This document shows, piece by piece, positions 60,210 through 64,000 of a stretch of DNA of 64,000 nt. Source of the DNA: Octopus sinensis (lineage: Eukaryota); NCBI RefSeq assembly GCF_006345805.1, contig NC_043002.1:99386001-99450000 (forward strand), in the 5' to 3' direction. The notes beneath the pieces are model-generated. The model ran no database searches, was not told where the DNA came from, and worked only from the letters and a program-made list of their open reading frames with translations. A program made the translations under genes and the position numbers. How positions within the stretch are numbered: the stretch's first letter is position 1; each line of letters starts with the position of its first letter.

Positions 60210-63209
60210 ATTAAGAAAACTATTTGATAATATCAACGGGTGCTGTAGATATTTTCAAAGAATCTACTACAATATAACTGTATCTAGCACAATACAATAC
60301 TGGATATAGGGCTGAAACCATCACAAAAGTTGTCAAATGGATCGGAGTTAAGACGGAGGAAACGAAATTGTTCGATAGTGTCAGCTTTAGATTTGGCCTA
60401 ACCAGAGGCGCTGAGATTAAATTAAGACACTCAGATAAACCGATAGACACATACAAAGACACACGCAGACACACACACAGACACACACACCGACACACAC
60501 ACACACGCACGCGCGCACACACAGACACACACTCACTCATCTGACTTCTGCACAGTTTCTCTACATTTCATTTTCTCATTGTGAAGTGAACTTAACCACG
60601 CAGCTACGCTTGCACACTTTCTATCCAAAACTAAAATAACTCCGAATAAAAGTGCAAGTACTGTATAAATATAATTGAGCATTTAAACACTGTAATGGCT
60701 GGTTATAAAAGAATGATAGCAGAATATAAATGACAAGTAAAACTAATAACATCACAGAAAAAAAATTGTAAAATGCTAAAGTTAAGTCCGCAAATACATA
60801 AAGTAAATATGCAAGATCAAGCTAAGTCATGATATAAAAGTTTATCGATCTTACTGATATGAAATCAGCATATTTTAATACTAACTGCTTGCAAATGAAC
60901 AGGGGGTAGACATTTATGTAATTCGCAAGGGAAGAACGTACTTTATTCCCCCGAGGGCAGTGGTAGCTATATTGATATAGTTGTGAGGGTATTTGCGTTT
61001 TAGTAGGCTGCCATTTCATAAAAGAATATGTTATTCAGCTATTATTTCTTTACTTTCGATTTCCTTGTCATTATCATATTTGCGTTTCTATAGATATCTA
61101 ACCTTTATGGTGAAAACAGAATTTAGTATTTTGTTCCATATGAACGAACAGTATCAATTATCTACAGACGTTCTAGAAACAAAATGCATGCTGAATAAGT
61201 GCGGCATTATTAATCGAGAAGTTTAATAAAAACGAACATTTATGGGAGCTGAAGAGAATTGAGGAAAACGAAATGAAAGTCTTAGAAAAATGACCAAAAA
61301 CTCTGGCTTTGTGATGTTGAGTACAAGTGTTAGGTACTCTGTTTACGGCAACATCACGGTATTCAAGTATGCATGCAAAGGTTTTGAAGATAGAATACAT
61401 TCATCTGTGTTCTACTTTTAATGAGGACTACATTTCCAAAACCAGTCAAATGGAGTACTTTTAATTTTCTAGTGCTCTTCAACATTCATCGTTGGTCAAT
61501 TTGCTCAAAGATAAATCTTTTTCAACAAATATTAACTCAGATATTCATAAATGTTGCAGTTTAGCACCAGTTCAATTCTGAACTTAAATCTTGAAAGGAC
61601 TTGGAGATCATAACGTTGTTTATGTAACAAACGTGCAAGCAGTAATATATTATAAAATTCATTAATACATGTTATACTGGAGCGTGCGGTTTAAGAGAGA
61701 TTTGATTGCTATTTCTAGCAGATTTAGAGACTCTGTTGATGATCCATGTTTCCTCGTGTTATTCATATTTTTCAGATTGTGACGCTTATATATGCGTTAT
61801 ATATGGATACATGAATTTCCTAAATAGTTTGAAAAAAGAGGCGTTTATCCAAAATTAAACACATCACTTGATTTATGGAGTCACCATAGCTGTCTGTGAT
61901 GAATATCTTAAATTCAGTGTAAAACTATTTATGTGTAATCAATGTTCTGTTGACAGTGAGTAAATCAACACAAAATTATTAAAACCCAGTTAGCTGTTAT
62001 AGTTTTGACTATATATTGGTAACAAAACGAATGATTATGACAATTTGAAGACAAGATAAATTATATATGGAAATATTGATCGATACTTTCCAGTTCATAA
62101 CAAATTTTATATTTGATTTATTTACTATGAGTTCTCTGCAGTATTCGCAAATGGTTTCTAAAGTGCAAGCTAAGATCCGCGAGGTTGAGGTTGCGAATGC
62201 GAAGCGATAAATGTCCCCTTGTGGGCAATAAAGAAATGAGAAGCGATAAATGTAATTTGCCTTCCCAGTGAGCTGAGAAGTATGGTAAATTCCTAAGATA
62301 CTGGAGATCGCATTTGGAGATACAATCCAGTACTACTTGGTCTGAATATAGTGTATTTAATGCCATTTTCTTTCTTTCTTTGTTTTTTTTTCTCTGTTTC
62401 GTTCTTTCCATTTCTGCCTCTTCTATACACAAGGAAATACAGAGAGAGAGAGAGAGAGAGAGAGCTAGAGAGTGAGAACAAAAGAGAGAAAGAGCGATCA
62501 AGCGAGGGAAAGGAGTAGGACCATGCAAATAACACGAAAAGCAAAATATAACAATATTACTATTTTGTTATTAGTTTCATTCATACAATATTCTAAAGTT
62601 TCTAACGTTATTCTTTTATCAGCTTTCTTTATAACAAAGAGAGCTAAGTGGGATGTGTACAATTCGACTCATAAAAACAATTTAAGTATAATTAAACATC
62701 ATTGCGCATTTATATCGATAAAGATTCGATAATGGCAACTATGGAAGCATATACGTGCCGCGTCACACGAATGTCGGCGAATCCGTATTTTTTTTTTACT
62801 CCTGTTGGTGTGCAATTTTTTTTCGCTTTATTGGATTAAGTATGTACGAAACGTGTTCATTTCTTTCATTTAAATAAACAAAGCAGTATTATTCGGCAGC
62901 GAACTAGCAGAACGAAGAAAACGATTATTTGCAGTACTTACTCTGGTATTTAATCTTCAGTTCAAATTGCACCATCAAATATGCCTAAAACCTTTTTGCG
63001 GGACAGATGAAATAAAATACCAAGAAAATTAAGGGATCCATTTTATCTGCTAATCAAAAAAGAAAAAAAAAATATTGGCTTCTATTGTGTCTTCAAATGT
63101 GAACCATTATTGATAATAGATTTCTTGGTATACAATAGATATATTAATATGGTGATTTTGTTGCACTCATATAAATGTCGTGTGATGTGTGTGTGTCTTC
63201 GTTTGAAAC

Positions 63210-63245
<36 letters not shown>

Positions 63246-63414
63246 GTGTGTGTACACATACATATATATGTGTATGTGTGTGCACACCAGTGAACCAGCA
63301 ACAAAATTTGCGAAGGGTGTGCAAACCCAGGTCCTTTTTTTTTAATGAAAGATGTGGATTTTTCCAATGTTAACATTAAAACAAATGCAGGTATAATGAT
63401 AAATTTTATTATTA

Positions 63415-63860
63415 TGAGGGTCGGCTAAAATGTTCATTATCTGAGCAAGACACTCTCAATGGAATGTAACCAAATGAAGTTCATTTTCTAACATAGTTCC
63501 TCTTGCTGTCCACATACGGCCATTAACAGTTGCAGTGCTTGGGTCGCACTGGTGAAGAAGCTTTTCTGTTGATCAACATGGTCATCAACAACAGATAAGA
63601 TGTTCTCATCATAGTGAAACTAATGCTTATCTGAGTGTTTTTCTATGTTGAGAAACAGATGATAACCAGAAGGAACCAAATCACTAACAGAGGACGGATG
63701 ATCAACCAGTCAAAGCCAGTCACACACAGCAGCCATTTAAACCAAGGACTTACGTTTTGAAGCATTGTCCTAATGAAACAAGACCCCCATTCATCAGTTT
63801 TTCTGGGTGTTTGGTCTTGATAGCCTTTCATAACTACCTTAGGAAGTTGGTATTGACATT
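63415..63860 (-). mobile_element. Mariner transposase 3' fossil with TIR
   Basis: TA|TGAGGGGTCGGCTAAAATGTTC end. Frameshifted AIKTKHPEKL and LVDHP..SDLVPSGYHLF motifs. Confidence 0.65.
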
Positions 63861-64000
63861 TCCATTGATGGTGTGATCATTTTGAAGATAGCCAATAAAC
63901 ACAATATGTTTTGCATTAATGCATAGTATATATAATAATGGGAAGTATATTTTGCATATTAAAATGCTTAATTTTGGAAACGTATCAAGCAGAGCTAAAA

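Overview
AT-rich, microsatellite-dense eukaryotic DNA that looks intergenic or deep-intronic. The SINE families resemble those of octopus/cephalopods; this taxon call is an inference from recall, not a search. No host protein-coding gene can be called with confidence, and most entries in the ORF track are translations of (TA)n/(CA)n/(ATT)n repeats. The window is a layered mobile-element deposit: (1) two 5'-truncated R4/Dong-clade non-LTR retrotransposons (RT YMDD, CCHC knuckle, restriction-like endonuclease) sitting in (TAA)n tracts, plus an ORF-less ~560-bp element found beside the same (TAA)n tracts; (2) at least five mariner/Tc1-type fossils and several MITEs or fold-back elements; (3) two abundant tRNA-derived SINE families; (4) Penelope-like terminal-repeat fragments. 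The most interesting signal is a set of minimal type I hammerhead ribozyme motifs read by hand. One is fully canonical (353-438, minus), two have an intact catalytic core (8751-8823 plus, inside a 413-bp partial tandem; 40815-40895 minus), and three are variant or decayed. A second pattern is tandem reiteration of the terminal 21-40 nt at three independent 5' junctions of (TAA)n-associated elements. Boundaries were read by eye and may be off by several bases.
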